Below are positions 18,550-28,900 of a stretch of 64,000 bases of DNA, one piece after another. The notes under the pieces were generated by a model. That model was not told the origin of the DNA. It searched no databases and saw only the letters and a program-made list of their open reading frames with translations. Made by a program: the position numbers and the translations under genes. Origin of the DNA: an uncultured Atribacterota bacterium (GTDB taxonomy: Bacteria; Atribacterota; Atribacteria; Atribacterales; Thermatribacteraceae); NCBI GenBank assembly GCA_964570785.1, contig CAZMZG010000003.1, positions 87 to 64,086 of the forward strand, written 5' to 3'. Each line of letters opens with the position of its first letter. Within the stretch, counting starts at the first letter, position 1.

Positions 18550-19191
18550 ATGAGTGATATTCTCGAACAAATTGCTAAAGAATTATTTGCGGGTAATGCA
18601 AAAGCTGTGAGCGAACTAACCCAGAAAGCGCTTGATGAAGGTTTTTCGCCACAGGAAGTTCTTAATGGCGGTTTGATAAAGGGTATGAACCAGGTTGGAG
18701 AAAAGTTTAAGGCAAACGAGATTTATGTTCCGGAAGTACTGATTGCTGCCCGAGCTATGAAGGCAGGCATGGAAATCCTGAAACCCAAACTTGCAGAGAC
18801 TGGCGTAGAACCGGTGGCTAAACTTGTTATTGGCACCGTGAAGGGTGACCTTCACGATATCGGCAAGAATCTGGTAGCCATGATGATGGAAGGAGCAGGA
18901 TTTGAAGTAGTTGATCTGGGTATTGATGTACCTGCTGAAAAGTTCATTCAGGCCATTAAAGAACACAAGCCTCAGCTAGTTGGTATGTCGGCTTTACTTA
19001 CCACTACCATGATTCAAATCAGAGAGAACCTCAAGGCTTTTCAAGAAGCTGGAGTTAGGGATCGGGTTAAAGTCATGATTGGCGGTGCTCCGGTTACTCA
19101 AAAATTTGCCGACGAAGTTAGTGCTGATGGTTATGCGCCAGACGCTGCATCAGCAGTAGATAAAGCTAAAGAGCTTTTGAGCCTTAATTAA
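18550..19191 (+). CDS. Small corrinoid (B12-binding) protein of the MtaC/MtbC/MttC type
   Basis: DxHxxG (GDLHDIGKN), SALLTTT and GGAPV motifs of the cobalamin-binding Rossmann domain, plus an N-terminal helical cap. Confidence 0.85.
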   Translation: MSDILEQIAKELFAGNAKAVSELTQKALDEGFSPQEVLNGGLIKGMNQVGEKFKANEIYVPEVLIAARAMKAGMEILKPKLAETGVEPVAKLVIGTVKGDLHDIGKNLVAMMMEGAGFEVVDLGIDVPAEKFIQAIKEHKPQLVGMSALLTTTMIQIRENLKAFQEAGVRDRVKVMIGGAPVTQKFADEVSADGYAPDAASAVDKAKELLSLN

Positions 19192-19202
19192 GCCGATAGT
19201 AT

Positions 19203-19230
19203 AAGGGGGAGAGTCTTCTCCCCTTTCTTT
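19203..19230 (+). terminator. Intrinsic terminator after the corrinoid-protein gene
   Basis: AAGGGGGAGA-gtct-TCTCCCCTTT hairpin followed by a T-rich tract (CTTT). Confidence 0.65.
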
Positions 19231-19298
19231 GTGAGGAACAATAATTAAATTGTTTATTGAAGGTTATTTCTAATAATTTATATAAAGGAGGGCAAAAG

Positions 19299-20993
19299 AT
19301 GTTAAGCGATCTGGAAATTGCCCAACGGGCTTCTATGAGACCCATAGTTGAAATTGCCCAAGGAATGGGGCTTGAAGAAGGGGACATCGAGCTTTATGGT
19401 AGGTACAAGGCAAAAGTATCTCTGGAAGTTCTTGAAAAACTTCGAGACAAGCCGCTTGGCAAATATATTGATGTTACCGCCATAACACCCACACCTCTTG
19501 GAGAGGGTAAGACGGTTACCACTATAGGTCTTTCCATGGCTCTAAACAAAATAGGCAAAAAGAGCGTCGTATGCATCAGACAGCCTTCACTGGGTCCGGT
19601 TTTTGGTATTAAAGGTGGTGCTGCTGGGGGTGGTTATTCTCAGGTTGTGCCCATGGAAGACTTTAATCTTCACTTGACTGGAGATACTCATGCTGTTGCT
19701 GCAGCACACAATTTGCTGGCTGCTTTTATAGACAACCATCTGCTTCACGGGAATGAATTGAACATTGATCCCTTCACGATAAGCTGGCCCAGAGTAGTGG
19801 ATATAAGTGACAGGGCATTGCGCAGGATTGTCATTGGCTTGGGGGGGAAAGCGAATGGCATACCCCGTGAAAGCAGTTTTGATATTGCAGTGGCTTCAGA
19901 GGTAATGGCTATTCTGGCTTTGACCACCGATATTTTTGATTTGCGTGAACGTTTGGGGAGAATTGTGGTAGCTTACAATCGCCAAAAAGAGCCAGTTGCT
20001 GCTGAAGACCTCAAGTGTGCTGGAGCTATGGCTGTTTTAATGAAGGATGCCATAAAACCAAATCTTCTTCAAACACTTGAAAACACGCCCTGTTTTGTTC
20101 ATGCTGGTCCTTTTGCTAATATCGCTCATGGCAATAGCTCTATTATTGCTGATCAGATCGCTTTGCGCCTTGCTGATTACGTGGTGACCGAGAGCGGCTT
20201 CGGTGCAGATTGTGGTATGGAAAAGTTCATGAATATTAAATGTCGTTATAGTGGTCTTCACCCTGATTGTGTGGTTATGGTGTGCTCTATTCGTGCCCTC
20301 AAGATGCACAGTGGGAAGTATAAGGTGGTTCCTGGAAAGCCCCTGGATCCGGCAATCCTCGAAGAAGATATCGATGCTCTGGTGAAAGGGTCGGAAAACC
20401 TTATCAAACAGATTGAAAATGCAAGACTTTTTGGTGTCCCGGTTGTGGTAGCGATTAACGTCTTTTCGACAGATACTGAACGTGAGATAGAGACAGTTAG
20501 AAAAATAGCTCTTGATAATGGAGCTTTTGAAGCGTGTGTTTCTGAGGTTTGGGCTAAAGGTGGAGAAGGTGGTAAAGAACTGGCTGAAGCTGTTGTGAAA
20601 GCTTGCGATGCTCCAAATAACTTTGACTTCCTTTATCCTTTGGATGTTCCGATCAAGGATAAGATTGAAACTATAGCTACCAAAATTTATGGAGCAGATG
20701 GAGTAGTTTACGAACCAGAAGCCGAAAAGAAAATAGCCCGCTATACTGAATTAGGTTGGGATAAGCTACCCATCTGTATGGCTAAGACCCATCTTTCTCT
20801 CTCGCATGATCCCAAATTGAAAGGCCGCCCACGTGGCTTTAAGCTTCCCATAAAAGATATTCGTCCCTCCATTGGCGCAGGTTTCCTATATCCGTTGTGT
20901 GGTGAGATGCGTACTATGCCAGGCTTACCTTCTCGACCAGCGGGGATGAACATAGATATTGATTCTGAAGGTAGGATTGTCGGTCTGTTTTAG
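19299..20993 (+). CDS. fhs: Formate--tetrahydrofolate ligase
   Basis: [16 protein letters not shown]-loop; 564 aa from ATG 19299, preceded by AAGGAGGG. The ORF-track start 19257 is rejected. Confidence 0.97.
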   Translation: MLSDLEIAQRASMRPIVEIAQGMGLEEGDIELYGRYKAKVSLEVLEKLRDKPLGKYIDVTAITPTPLGEGKTVTTIGLSMALNKIGKKSVVCIRQPSLGPVFGIKGGAAGGGYSQVVPMEDFNLHLTGDTHAVAAAHNLLAAFIDNHLLHGNELNIDPFTISWPRVVDISDRALRRIVIGLGGKANGIPRESSFDIAVASEVMAILALTTDIFDLRERLGRIVVAYNRQKEPVAAEDLKCAGAMAVLMKDAIKPNLLQTLENTPCFVHAGPFANIAHGNSSIIADQIALRLADYVVTESGFGADCGMEKFMNIKCRYSGLHPDCVVMVCSIRALKMHSGKYKVVPGKPLDPAILEEDIDALVKGSENLIKQIENARLFGVPVVVAINVFSTDTEREIETVRKIALDNGAFEACVSEVWAKGGEGGKELAEAVVKACDAPNNFDFLYPLDVPIKDKIETIATKIYGADGVVYEPEAEKKIARYTELGWDKLPICMAKTHLSLSHDPKLKGRPRGFKLPIKDIRPSIGAGFLYPLCGEMRTMPGLPSRPAGMNIDIDSEGRIVGLF

Positions 20994-21065
20994 CAGTGAT
21001 ATATTTAGAGTCTAAAAATAACTAATAACCGGATTTTTCTTCTTGCAGATGGGTGGGATAAAAAG

Positions 21066-22052
21066 TTGGAATGCGATTTCCTGGTGATAGGTGCTGGACC
21101 AGCGGGTCTTTCTCTTGGAGAAAAGCTGGCTGGCTATGGGGAAGTCTTAATTCTCGAGAAGGATAACAAGATCGGAGGGCTTGCTGCTACCTTAGGTTGT
21201 AAGGCTCGTCAGAGCTGCCTTTATTGTGGAATCTGCAGGAACACAGACCTGATAAGACGAGTGGCCAAGTTCCAGTTTCCGATACTTTGCTCGAGAGATA
21301 TTTTGGGAGTAGAACGATCCGTTGAGGGGTTTCGAATTTTTACCAATCGTGAGGAGATAAAAACCAGATACGTGGCAATTGCTACTGGAGCTGAACCTTT
21401 TGATGCCAGGAAACTCCCTAATCTGGGTTACGGCAGATTACAGGGCGTTTTTACTGGATTGGATATTGAACAAGCCATAAACAGTGGCGAAATATTTCGA
21501 CTTCTTCCAGAACGAGGGAAAGTTGCTTTTGTACAGTGTGTTGGTTCGCGTAGTTTTAAAGAAAAACGAGGTTACTGTTCACAGATCTGTTGTCGCTATG
21601 CCTTGAGGGCTCTGGATTTTTTGAGTTACTTTTTGCCAAGCCTTGAGTTCAAGATGTTTTATATGGACCTCCAGATCTTTGGTCCCAAAAGCTGTTATCT
21701 TTGGGAAGTAGCTCGAAGCAAGGTGTTGTTGATAAGGTCCATACCCTTCCGAATAGAGGGAGAGAATGGAAGCTTAGAAGTTTTTTATGAAGATGAAAAT
21801 GGTCAGGCAGTCAAGGAAGAATTCGACCGGGTGGTCCTTTCCATAGGTCTGTCTTCCGGAAGCTCGACCAAAAACCTGGCTCGAGCTTTTTACCTTGAGC
21901 TCGATGACTGGGGATTTATTAAAAATTTTGGTGGAGGCAGGACCAGTAACCCGGGTGTTTTTGTGTGTGGCACGGCAGGAGGTCCCAAAGATGTGGAAAC
22001 CACTATTTTTGAGGCTTATCAGGTTGCAGAAAGTATACTTAACTTGAGATAG
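21066..22052 (+). CDS. Short HdrA-like flavoprotein (thioredoxin-reductase fold with HdrA Cys motif)
   Basis: GAGPAGLS dinucleotide motif, FVQCVGSRSFKEKRGYCSQICCRYA (HdrA CxGxR...CSxxCC signature), C-terminal GVFVCGTAGGPKD. Confidence 0.7.
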   Translation: MECDFLVIGAGPAGLSLGEKLAGYGEVLILEKDNKIGGLAATLGCKARQSCLYCGICRNTDLIRRVAKFQFPILCSRDILGVERSVEGFRIFTNREEIKTRYVAIATGAEPFDARKLPNLGYGRLQGVFTGLDIEQAINSGEIFRLLPERGKVAFVQCVGSRSFKEKRGYCSQICCRYALRALDFLSYFLPSLEFKMFYMDLQIFGPKSCYLWEVARSKVLLIRSIPFRIEGENGSLEVFYEDENGQAVKEEFDRVVLSIGLSSGSSTKNLARAFYLELDDWGFIKNFGGGRTSNPGVFVCGTAGGPKDVETTIFEAYQVAESILNLR

Positions 22053-22066
22053 CGGGATGATGGAAA

Positions 22067-23485
22067 TTGAAAAAAGTACTTGTATTATTCCGTCCTGAAT
22101 ATGCACGCGTGAAGCCCTTACTCGATGCCATCGGTGATTTTTCGAAAGAACTGGACCTGCAAGTTTACTCCTGCTCAGAGTGGTTAGACAAGGTAAATAA
22201 AAGCATGCAGGACTTTGAAAAAGTTTTTTTGTTGGTTGAAGATATTGAAGCCAATATCGAGTTGTTGTCTGAGTTTTGTGATTCAGTAGAAAACCTTGAA
22301 AAATTTAAGATTTTTGGGCTTCCCCCAGGTGTGGTTTCACCTCAACTGGTTGCCTGGTGGAAAAATTATTTCCGGGAGGAGCTTGTTTTAGGGCGTGATT
22401 CCCCGGTTAAAAGCGCTTTTTTAAAGCCGGAGAAGAGGGTGCTGGTCGTTGCTGAAGAAAATGAAAACACAGAGAAAGTAGAAAAAGCTCTTCAGAAAAA
22501 GAAAATACCTTTCTTTATTACCAGGAAAAAAGTGGCTATTTCCCGCGATGGAATTAATTTTAAAATTACTCACCATCCGGATGGCGAGCTGTGTTTTGGG
22601 GCAGTGATTTTCTTACCAAAAAAGCGAATACTCTCTTTCGGTTTCCCTCGAGAGGTTGAAGATACAGGGAGAGCGTTTTTTGTGGATGAATTATCACGGA
22701 AATATAACCATCGTAATTTCTGGAAAAAGAGTGTTGCCTTCCTGGTGCACGAGCTTGCTTCTCCCTTACAGTGGAGGAAGGCTCTCTGCTGGTCTGTCCG
22801 TATTCGCAGGGATTTTTGTTCGGAAGTTCTCTTTTTGTGTGAACAGGTTGGTGTTGCACTGGAAAACTCAGAACTGGCTTATCGAGAAGCAAGGCAAATC
22901 GGGGTTCGTTTTGAAAAAGTTCGATTTAAGAATTTTTCCTGCCAAGCCACTGAGAGCATGCAGAAAATCATCCTTAAGTTTGTTTCGGAAAAGGACCTTC
23001 GCGAAGCCTCATACCTGGTGGATTGGCTGGTTGTTGTGCCTTCTTTTGAGGTGCAGCCCATAGCGTTAGAGAAATACTTTATGATTGACCGTGGAAACCT
23101 GAGAGTTGCCCCGCTTCCCAATCCAGTCATCGATAAGTATTCTACCTGCTGGAGGGGTGTTTTTTGTGCTCCTCTTGAGGAGACTGGCAAGGAGTGGGAA
23201 CATTTGGTGCATTCGGTGATGCAGTATCTGGAGAAAGGGCAGTTGAAACTGAAAGAACGTGGTTCTGTTGATGAAGAGAAATGCGTACTTTGTTTGACCT
23301 GTTTGCGCTCCTGCCCCTTTGGGGCCGTAAAAATAGAGGGAGAGAACAAGCGCAAAAAAGCCATGATAGATTGGACTCTTTGTCAGGGATGTGGTATCTG
23401 CACTTCTCTGTGCCCTGCTGGTGCGATAAAGATTGTGGACTTCAAAAATGGTCAGTACCTTTTTGGTCCGCGTTTGTGGGGTTGA
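22067..23485 (+). CDS. Degenerate HdrA-like protein retaining only the C-terminal 2x[4Fe-4S] ferredoxin domain
   Basis: Aligns by eye with the second HdrA unit of 25921-30402, but GxGxxG is VVAEENE and the CVGSR/CSxxCC Cys residues are lost. The C-terminus keeps CVLCLTCLRSCP and CQGCGICTSLCP. Confidence 0.55.
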   Translation: MKKVLVLFRPEYARVKPLLDAIGDFSKELDLQVYSCSEWLDKVNKSMQDFEKVFLLVEDIEANIELLSEFCDSVENLEKFKIFGLPPGVVSPQLVAWWKNYFREELVLGRDSPVKSAFLKPEKRVLVVAEENENTEKVEKALQKKKIPFFITRKKVAISRDGINFKITHHPDGELCFGAVIFLPKKRILSFGFPREVEDTGRAFFVDELSRKYNHRNFWKKSVAFLVHELASPLQWRKALCWSVRIRRDFCSEVLFLCEQVGVALENSELAYREARQIGVRFEKVRFKNFSCQATESMQKIILKFVSEKDLREASYLVDWLVVVPSFEVQPIALEKYFMIDRGNLRVAPLPNPVIDKYSTCWRGVFCAPLEETGKEWEHLVHSVMQYLEKGQLKLKERGSVDEEKCVLCLTCLRSCPFGAVKIEGENKRKKAMIDWTLCQGCGICTSLCPAGAIKIVDFKNGQYLFGPRLWG

Positions 23486-23490
23486 TAGGC

Positions 23491-23877
23491 ATGAGACTGG
23501 TAGCTCTTGGTTGTGAAAGGAATGGTTATCCGGCGCTTTTACGCTATTTCCATAGGGTTTCTTTGCCGTCGGGATGGGAACTGAAGGAACTTTCTGTAAT
23601 TCCCTGTCTGGGGTTTATCAGAGAAGAGACAATTTTTTCTATTTTGGAAGAAAAAGCTGATGTTTTGTTGCTGGCTGGCTGTCCGCTGGATGCCTGTAAA
23701 AACGTTAAAGGTAGTGATGTTGGCTTGCGTAAAGTGACCAGGGTCAATGCTCTTCTTGAAGAAGCGCAAGTAAACAAGAAGGTGGCTCTGGCTTTAGTTA
23801 CTCCTGACAAGACCGGTGAAATAGAAAGAATGCTTACCGAGATCTTTGGCTTTTTTGGAGGTTCAAATAAACGATGA
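23491..23877 (+). CDS. Divergent MvhD/FlpD-like protein
   Basis: LVALGCERNG...VIPCLG...AGCPLDACKN is colinear with the canonical MvhD at 30399 (AFLCHWCSY...VPCSG...SGCHPGDCHY). ATG 23491 is 5 nt after the preceding stop. Confidence 0.55.
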   Translation: MRLVALGCERNGYPALLRYFHRVSLPSGWELKELSVIPCLGFIREETIFSILEEKADVLLLAGCPLDACKNVKGSDVGLRKVTRVNALLEEAQVNKKVALALVTPDKTGEIERMLTEIFGFFGGSNKR

Positions 23878-24524
23878 TTGTTGGTGAAAGAAAACCCCTC
23901 CCTGAGATAGTAAAACTTTTAGATGGTTTTAAAAAAGTGCTGGTTCTGGGTTGCGGAACCTGTGTTACTGTTTGTATGTCGGGTGGTGAAAAGGAAGCCA
24001 AAGAACTTGCCTCCCTGCTGAGGCTTAAAGGTTTTGATGCTTGGAGCGCCACGGTGGAGAGACAGTGCGAGCCAGAGTTTAACCAGCTAATTAGAGAAGA
24101 AGTTGAAAGAGCGGAAGCAATCCTTTCTCTGGCCTGCGGGATCGGAGTGCAGGCTTTAGCGGAACTTTATTTTCAAAAACCAGTCTATCCTGCTTTGAAC
24201 ACCACTTTTATGGGATTACCTGTTGAACAGGGTCTGTGGGAAGAGCGGTGTGCTGGTTGTGGCGACTGTATAGTCCATCTTTTTGGAGGTATCTGTCCGA
24301 TAGCTCGTTGTGCTAAGAGTCTTCTGAATGGTCCCTGTGGTGGTTCCAAAAATGGTAAGTGCGAAGTAAAGCCTGAACGTGATTGTGCTTGGCAACTTAT
24401 TTTTGAACGGCTCAAGGCCTTAGGCAAGGTCGAGCAACTTTTGCGGGTCGAGCCTCCCAAGGATTGGTCATATTCGCGTTACGGTGGGCATCGTAAAATG
24501 GTAAGGGAGGATGTCAGACTGTGA
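23874..24524 (+). CDS. metV: Methylene-THF reductase small Zn/Fe-S subunit MetV (MTHFR C-terminal-like domain)
   Basis: LLNGPCGGSKNGKCE hallmark and Cys-rich GCGTCVTVC / CAGCGDC segments. ATGA overlap with the upstream gene. Confidence 0.85.
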   Translation: MIVGERKPLPEIVKLLDGFKKVLVLGCGTCVTVCMSGGEKEAKELASLLRLKGFDAWSATVERQCEPEFNQLIREEVERAEAILSLACGIGVQALAELYFQKPVYPALNTTFMGLPVEQGLWEERCAGCGDCIVHLFGGICPIARCAKSLLNGPCGGSKNGKCEVKPERDCAWQLIFERLKALGKVEQLLRVEPPKDWSYSRYGGHRKMVREDVRL

Positions 24525-25447
24525 GCTGGCTACAAAAGGTGCTTGAGGAAGGAAACTTTGCGGTTACCTGTGAAATTGGCCCGCCAAAAAGCAGTGATTT
24601 TTCGGTGGTTACCAAAAAGTGCGATTGGGTAAGAAATTTTGTAGATGCGGTGAATGTGACCGACAATCAGACTGCTATTGTAAGGATGTCAAGCTTTGCC
24701 AGTTGTTTGATTGCTTCTCGCCAGAATGTTGAACCCATCATGCAGATGGTATGCAGAGATAGAAACCGCATTGCTTTGCAGAGTGACTTTTTGGGAGCCT
24801 GTGCTCTGGGTATAGAAAACTTTCTTTGCTTGAGTGGTGATCATCAGAGCATGGGTAATCATCCTCAGGCAAAAAATGTTTTTGATGTGGATTCAATACA
24901 GCTTTTGCAAATTTTTAAGAATATGCGCGATGAGAAAGTTTTTCAAAATGGCGAACCGATTAAAGGAGAGATCAAAGCTTTTCTTGGGGCAGGAGCAAAT
25001 CCCTTTGCTGATCCTCTGGAGTTGAGGGTGTTGCGACTGGCCAAGAAAATTGAGGCCGGAGCTCAGTTTATTCAGACGCAAGCGGTTTTTGATCTGGAAA
25101 GATTTGCAAGGTGGATGGAAGAGGTGAGGGAATGGGGCTTGCATCGCAAAGCTTTTATTATGGCTGGAGTGATTCCTGTTAAGTCTGTTCGTGCTCTGAA
25201 ATATATGAAGGAAGAAGTACCTGGACTTGAGATTCCTGACTATTTCTTGGAAAGGATGCGAAAAGCTAAGGATCCAAAGGAGGAAGGGGTACAGATTTGT
25301 ACAGAAATCATTAACGAAGTGCAAAAGATAAAAGGAGTAAGCGGTGTGCATATTATGGCTATCGCTTGGGAAAGTGTTGTACCCGAGATTGTCAAGAGAT
25401 GTGGTCTATACCCAAGACCGGTGAGAGAGGTAAAGAGAAATGAGTGA
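24521..25447 (+). CDS. metF: 5,10-methylenetetrahydrofolate reductase
   Basis: 308-aa MTHFR TIM-barrel sequence (VTCEIGPPK, VNVTDNQTAIVRMSS, FIQTQAVFD). GTGA overlap with metV. Confidence 0.9.
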   Translation: MSWLQKVLEEGNFAVTCEIGPPKSSDFSVVTKKCDWVRNFVDAVNVTDNQTAIVRMSSFASCLIASRQNVEPIMQMVCRDRNRIALQSDFLGACALGIENFLCLSGDHQSMGNHPQAKNVFDVDSIQLLQIFKNMRDEKVFQNGEPIKGEIKAFLGAGANPFADPLELRVLRLAKKIEAGAQFIQTQAVFDLERFARWMEEVREWGLHRKAFIMAGVIPVKSVRALKYMKEEVPGLEIPDYFLERMRKAKDPKEEGVQICTEIINEVQKIKGVSGVHIMAIAWESVVPEIVKRCGLYPRPVREVKRNE

Positions 25448-25934
25448 AGCGAAACTTCTTGATCACCAGTTTAAATATCGGATTGCTTCTCGGCCTGGAG
25501 GTGAGGGGCTGCTTGCTTGTTTTGCCTGTGGGGTTTGTACAGCAGCCTGCCCGGTGAGTGAAGTTGAAAAGGACTTTAACCCGCGTCGGATCATCCATCA
25601 AATTTTGCTTGGCGAGAGTGAAGAGCTTTTGCGGTCTGAACGCATGTGGTTGTGTGTGGGTTGCTATCGTTGCAGTGCTCACTGCCCACAGGATGTTGAG
25701 TTTACCAACCTTTTGAAAGTGTTGCGAGAACTTGCTGTAGAAGAAGGTACCGTTTCTGTGGAATGGAAAAAAGTAATTGATGAAGTCGACCGCAGAACTC
25801 AAGAATTACGACGCAAACTCATCAAGTATCTCTGGAATAAAGGAATTAATTCTCTGGGAGAGTTTGAGAGGTTTTATCAGAGAGAAATTGCAAAGCTGGA
25901 TTGGATTAAAGGGGATAGTGATGATGCACGGTAA
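25440..25934 (+). CDS. hdrC: HdrC-like 2x[4Fe-4S] protein
   Basis: CFACGVCTAACP and CVGCYRCSAHCP motifs in a 164-aa protein. The start overlaps the metF stop by 8 nt. Confidence 0.7.
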   Translation: MSEAKLLDHQFKYRIASRPGGEGLLACFACGVCTAACPVSEVEKDFNPRRIIHQILLGESEELLRSERMWLCVGCYRCSAHCPQDVEFTNLLKVLRELAVEEGTVSVEWKKVIDEVDRRTQELRRKLIKYLWNKGINSLGEFERFYQREIAKLDWIKGDSDDAR

Positions 25935-28900
25935 AACCCGAGGTAGCGTGATGGTGGTTGGAGGAGGAATAGCAGGCATCCAGAGCGCTCTGGATCTGGC
26001 CAATGCAGGTTTCAAGGTCTATTTGGTAGAGGATTCAACTGCTATTGGAGGTCTTATGGCGAGGCTGGATAAGACCTTTCCAACCAACGATTGCGCAATG
26101 TGCATTCTTTCTCCGAAGCTCGTTGAGTGTGGTAGACATCTGAATATAGAGGTTATTACCTGTGCCAGCTTGGAGTCTGTTGAGGGGGTACCTGGTGATT
26201 TCCGAGTCAAGGTCAGACGCAAACCCCGTTATGTTGATCCTTTGAAGTGCACTGGATGTGGTGATTGTGCAGAGGTTTGCCCGGTAAGCTTGTCTAACGA
26301 TTTTGAGGGCGGTTTGAGCAAGAAAAAGGCTATTTACCGTCTTTTCCCCCAAGCCTTTCCCAGTGCTTTTGCAATCGAAAAAAAAGGTTTACCTAACTGC
26401 CAGGCAGCCTGCCCCCTGGAACAAAAAGCTCAGGGTTATGTGGCTTTGATTCGGGAAGGAAAATTTGAAGAAGCCTTACAAACGGTACGTATGGATAATC
26501 CTTTTCCTGGAATTTGTGGGCGAGCCTGTCATCATCCTTGTATGGAAGATTGCCAGCGTGGACTTCTTGATGAACCAGTTGGTATTCCTTACTTGAAAAG
26601 ATTTTTAGCAGATTATGAAGTTAGAAATAACTTGAAGCCTGTTTTGGGCAAGCAAGAGGATAAAGGCAAGAAGGTAGCCATTATTGGAGCTGGTCCCAGT
26701 GGATTGAGTTGTGCTTATTTTCTGGTTAGAAAAGGTTATCAGGTTTGTGTTTATGAAGCCAAAGAGCAACCTGGAGGTATGATGAGTTACGGCATACCTC
26801 CTTATCGCTTGCCCCGTGATGTTGTGAAATATGAAATTGAGCTCCTGAAAGAACTGGGGATTAACTTTGTTTTTGGCAAGGCCTGGGGTAAAGATTTCGG
26901 AATTGATGATCTTTTCAGAGAGGGCTATGCCGCTTTATATGTTGCTTGCGGAGCCTGGCAGACTATAAAACTGGGCATCGAAGGCGAAGACTACCCCGAA
27001 GTTATGGATGGACTTGACTATCTGATCAAAGTTAACAGTTCTCAGGAAGTGCCTCAGGCCGAAGAGGTTGTAGTCATTGGTGGGGGAAACGTGGCTATTG
27101 ACTGTGCACGTTCCGCTTTGCGAAAGGGAGCGAAAAAGGTTTCTGTTTACTATAGGCGTTCCCGAGAAGAAATGCCGGCAAGAGCGGAGGAAGTAGAAGA
27201 AGCCCTGGAAGAGGGGGTTGAATTTTATTTTTGCGCGGCACCTAAGAGGTTTATAAAGCGAAATGGAAGAGTAATTCTGGAGTTCAACGCGGTTCGCTTA
27301 TGTGCTCCTGATGCTTCAGGAAGAAGGAAGCCAGAAATCGTGCCTGATGTGGTTTACGAAGTGGAAGCAGACCTTTTCCTGGTGGCAATAGGTCAGCGGG
27401 TGCGGATACCCGAAGGGAAATTAGAGCTTACCGGTTGGGGAACTATTAAGGTTAATGAGGAAATGCAGACTTCTTTCAAGGGTGTTTTTGCTGGAGGAGA
27501 TGCAGTGCTCGGTCCGGCTACGCTGGTTGAGGCCATTGCTCATGGAAAAAGAGCTGCTCGGGCTATTGATGCTTATCTTCAGGGAAAAGAAATTCGAGAT
27601 TTTGAAAAACGTAAGGCTCCTATTAACATACCCTGGCAGGAACCCAAGAAGCTTCGAGTTGGCTTAAAAAAACTGGATCCCCGGGAAAGGGTTTTAGGGT
27701 TTTATGAGGTGGTCAGAGGTTATACTGAAGAGGAAGCAAAGGAAGAAGCTCGACGTTGTCTTTCCTGTGGTGGCTGTTCGGAGTGTATGCAATGTGTTTC
27801 CGCCTGTCAGAGAGAGGCCATTTTGCATCAGGATTCTGAGGAGATCCTGGAGATCGCGGTTGGCGCGGTTATCTTTGCCAGCGGAACTTCAGTTATTGAC
27901 CCTGCCCAAAAATATAGGGAGTTTGGATATCGGAAGTTTGCTAATGTGATTACCAGTTTGGATTTTGAACGAATATTAAGTGCTTCTGGTCCCACTCAGG
28001 GCAAAGTGGTTCGCCCTTCAGATGACAAAGTGCCCCGCAAAATCGCTTTTGTACAGTGTGTAGGATCCAGAGATGTAAAGCGCGGCAAGCCTTATTGTTC
28101 TGCTGTTTGCTGTATGTATGCCATCAAAGAGGCTCTGGTGGCCAGGGAACACTTGCTTATTGAAGAAAGGGAGGAAGCGCTATGTGAGTGTGGAATAGAC
28201 ACTGTTGCCCATAGCTTTGGAAAAGACCCTGGTGCTGAGGGTTCGCAGCTGGATGTAGCTATTTTTATGATTGACATGCGTTCACCGGGAAAAGATTTTG
28301 AACGTTACTTTGAACGCGCCAAAGAAGAGGGTATTCGCTTTATAAGGAGCAAAGTGGGTAAAATAGAAGAACTGGACAATGGGGATTTGAGGGTTTACTT
28401 TGTTGATGAAAGTGGTTGCTCCCGGGAAGAGATTTTTGATTTGGTGATTCTTTCGGTGGGCTTTGAGGTCTCTTCTTATAATCGAGAAATGTTTGCTAAA
28501 GCAGGAGTAGCCCTGCAGGACAATGGATTTCCTTACACCGATGCACTTGACAAAACTTTGACTATGCAGGATGGTGTTTTTGTCTGTGGCACAGCTTCGG
28601 GACCCAAGGATATACCGGAAACAGTTGTTGAGGCCAGCGCAGCAAGTTGCAATGTTTCTTCCTTATTGGATGAGGCGCGTTTTTCAGAAATTACTTACAA
28701 GCAGTATCCTCCAGAGCGTAATGTAGAAATTGAGCCTTTAAAAATAGGTGTTTTTGTATGTCATTGCGGAATTAACATTGGGGGAGTAGTAAATGTAAAA
28801 GAAGTTGTTGACTGGGTTAAGGATTTGCCTGGAGTGATTTATGCTGAGGAAAATTTGTATACTTGCTCTCAGGATACTCAAGAACGAATTAAGCAGAAGA

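Noticed and set aside
19192-19298. Possible ZTP (pfl-motif) or THF riboswitch upstream of fhs
   Set aside because: These riboswitches are common before fhs, glyA and pur genes. Here the 107-nt spacer is taken up by a terminator hairpin and AT-rich promoter-like sequence. I could not find the conserved GGGTCGTGAC...CCGCCTGGGCA-type core.
23281-23490. N-terminal 70 codons of ORF 23281-23877
   Set aside because: It overlaps the ferredoxin domain of 22067-23485 in another frame. The MvhD-like similarity starts at ATG 23491.
25777-25920. First 48 codons of the 1541-aa ORF-track call for the giant HdrA fusion
   Set aside because: This stretch lies entirely inside the hdrC-like gene in another frame. 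The HdrA homology (GSVMVVGGGIAG) begins right after ATG 25921, which has an AAAGGGGA SD 5 nt upstream.
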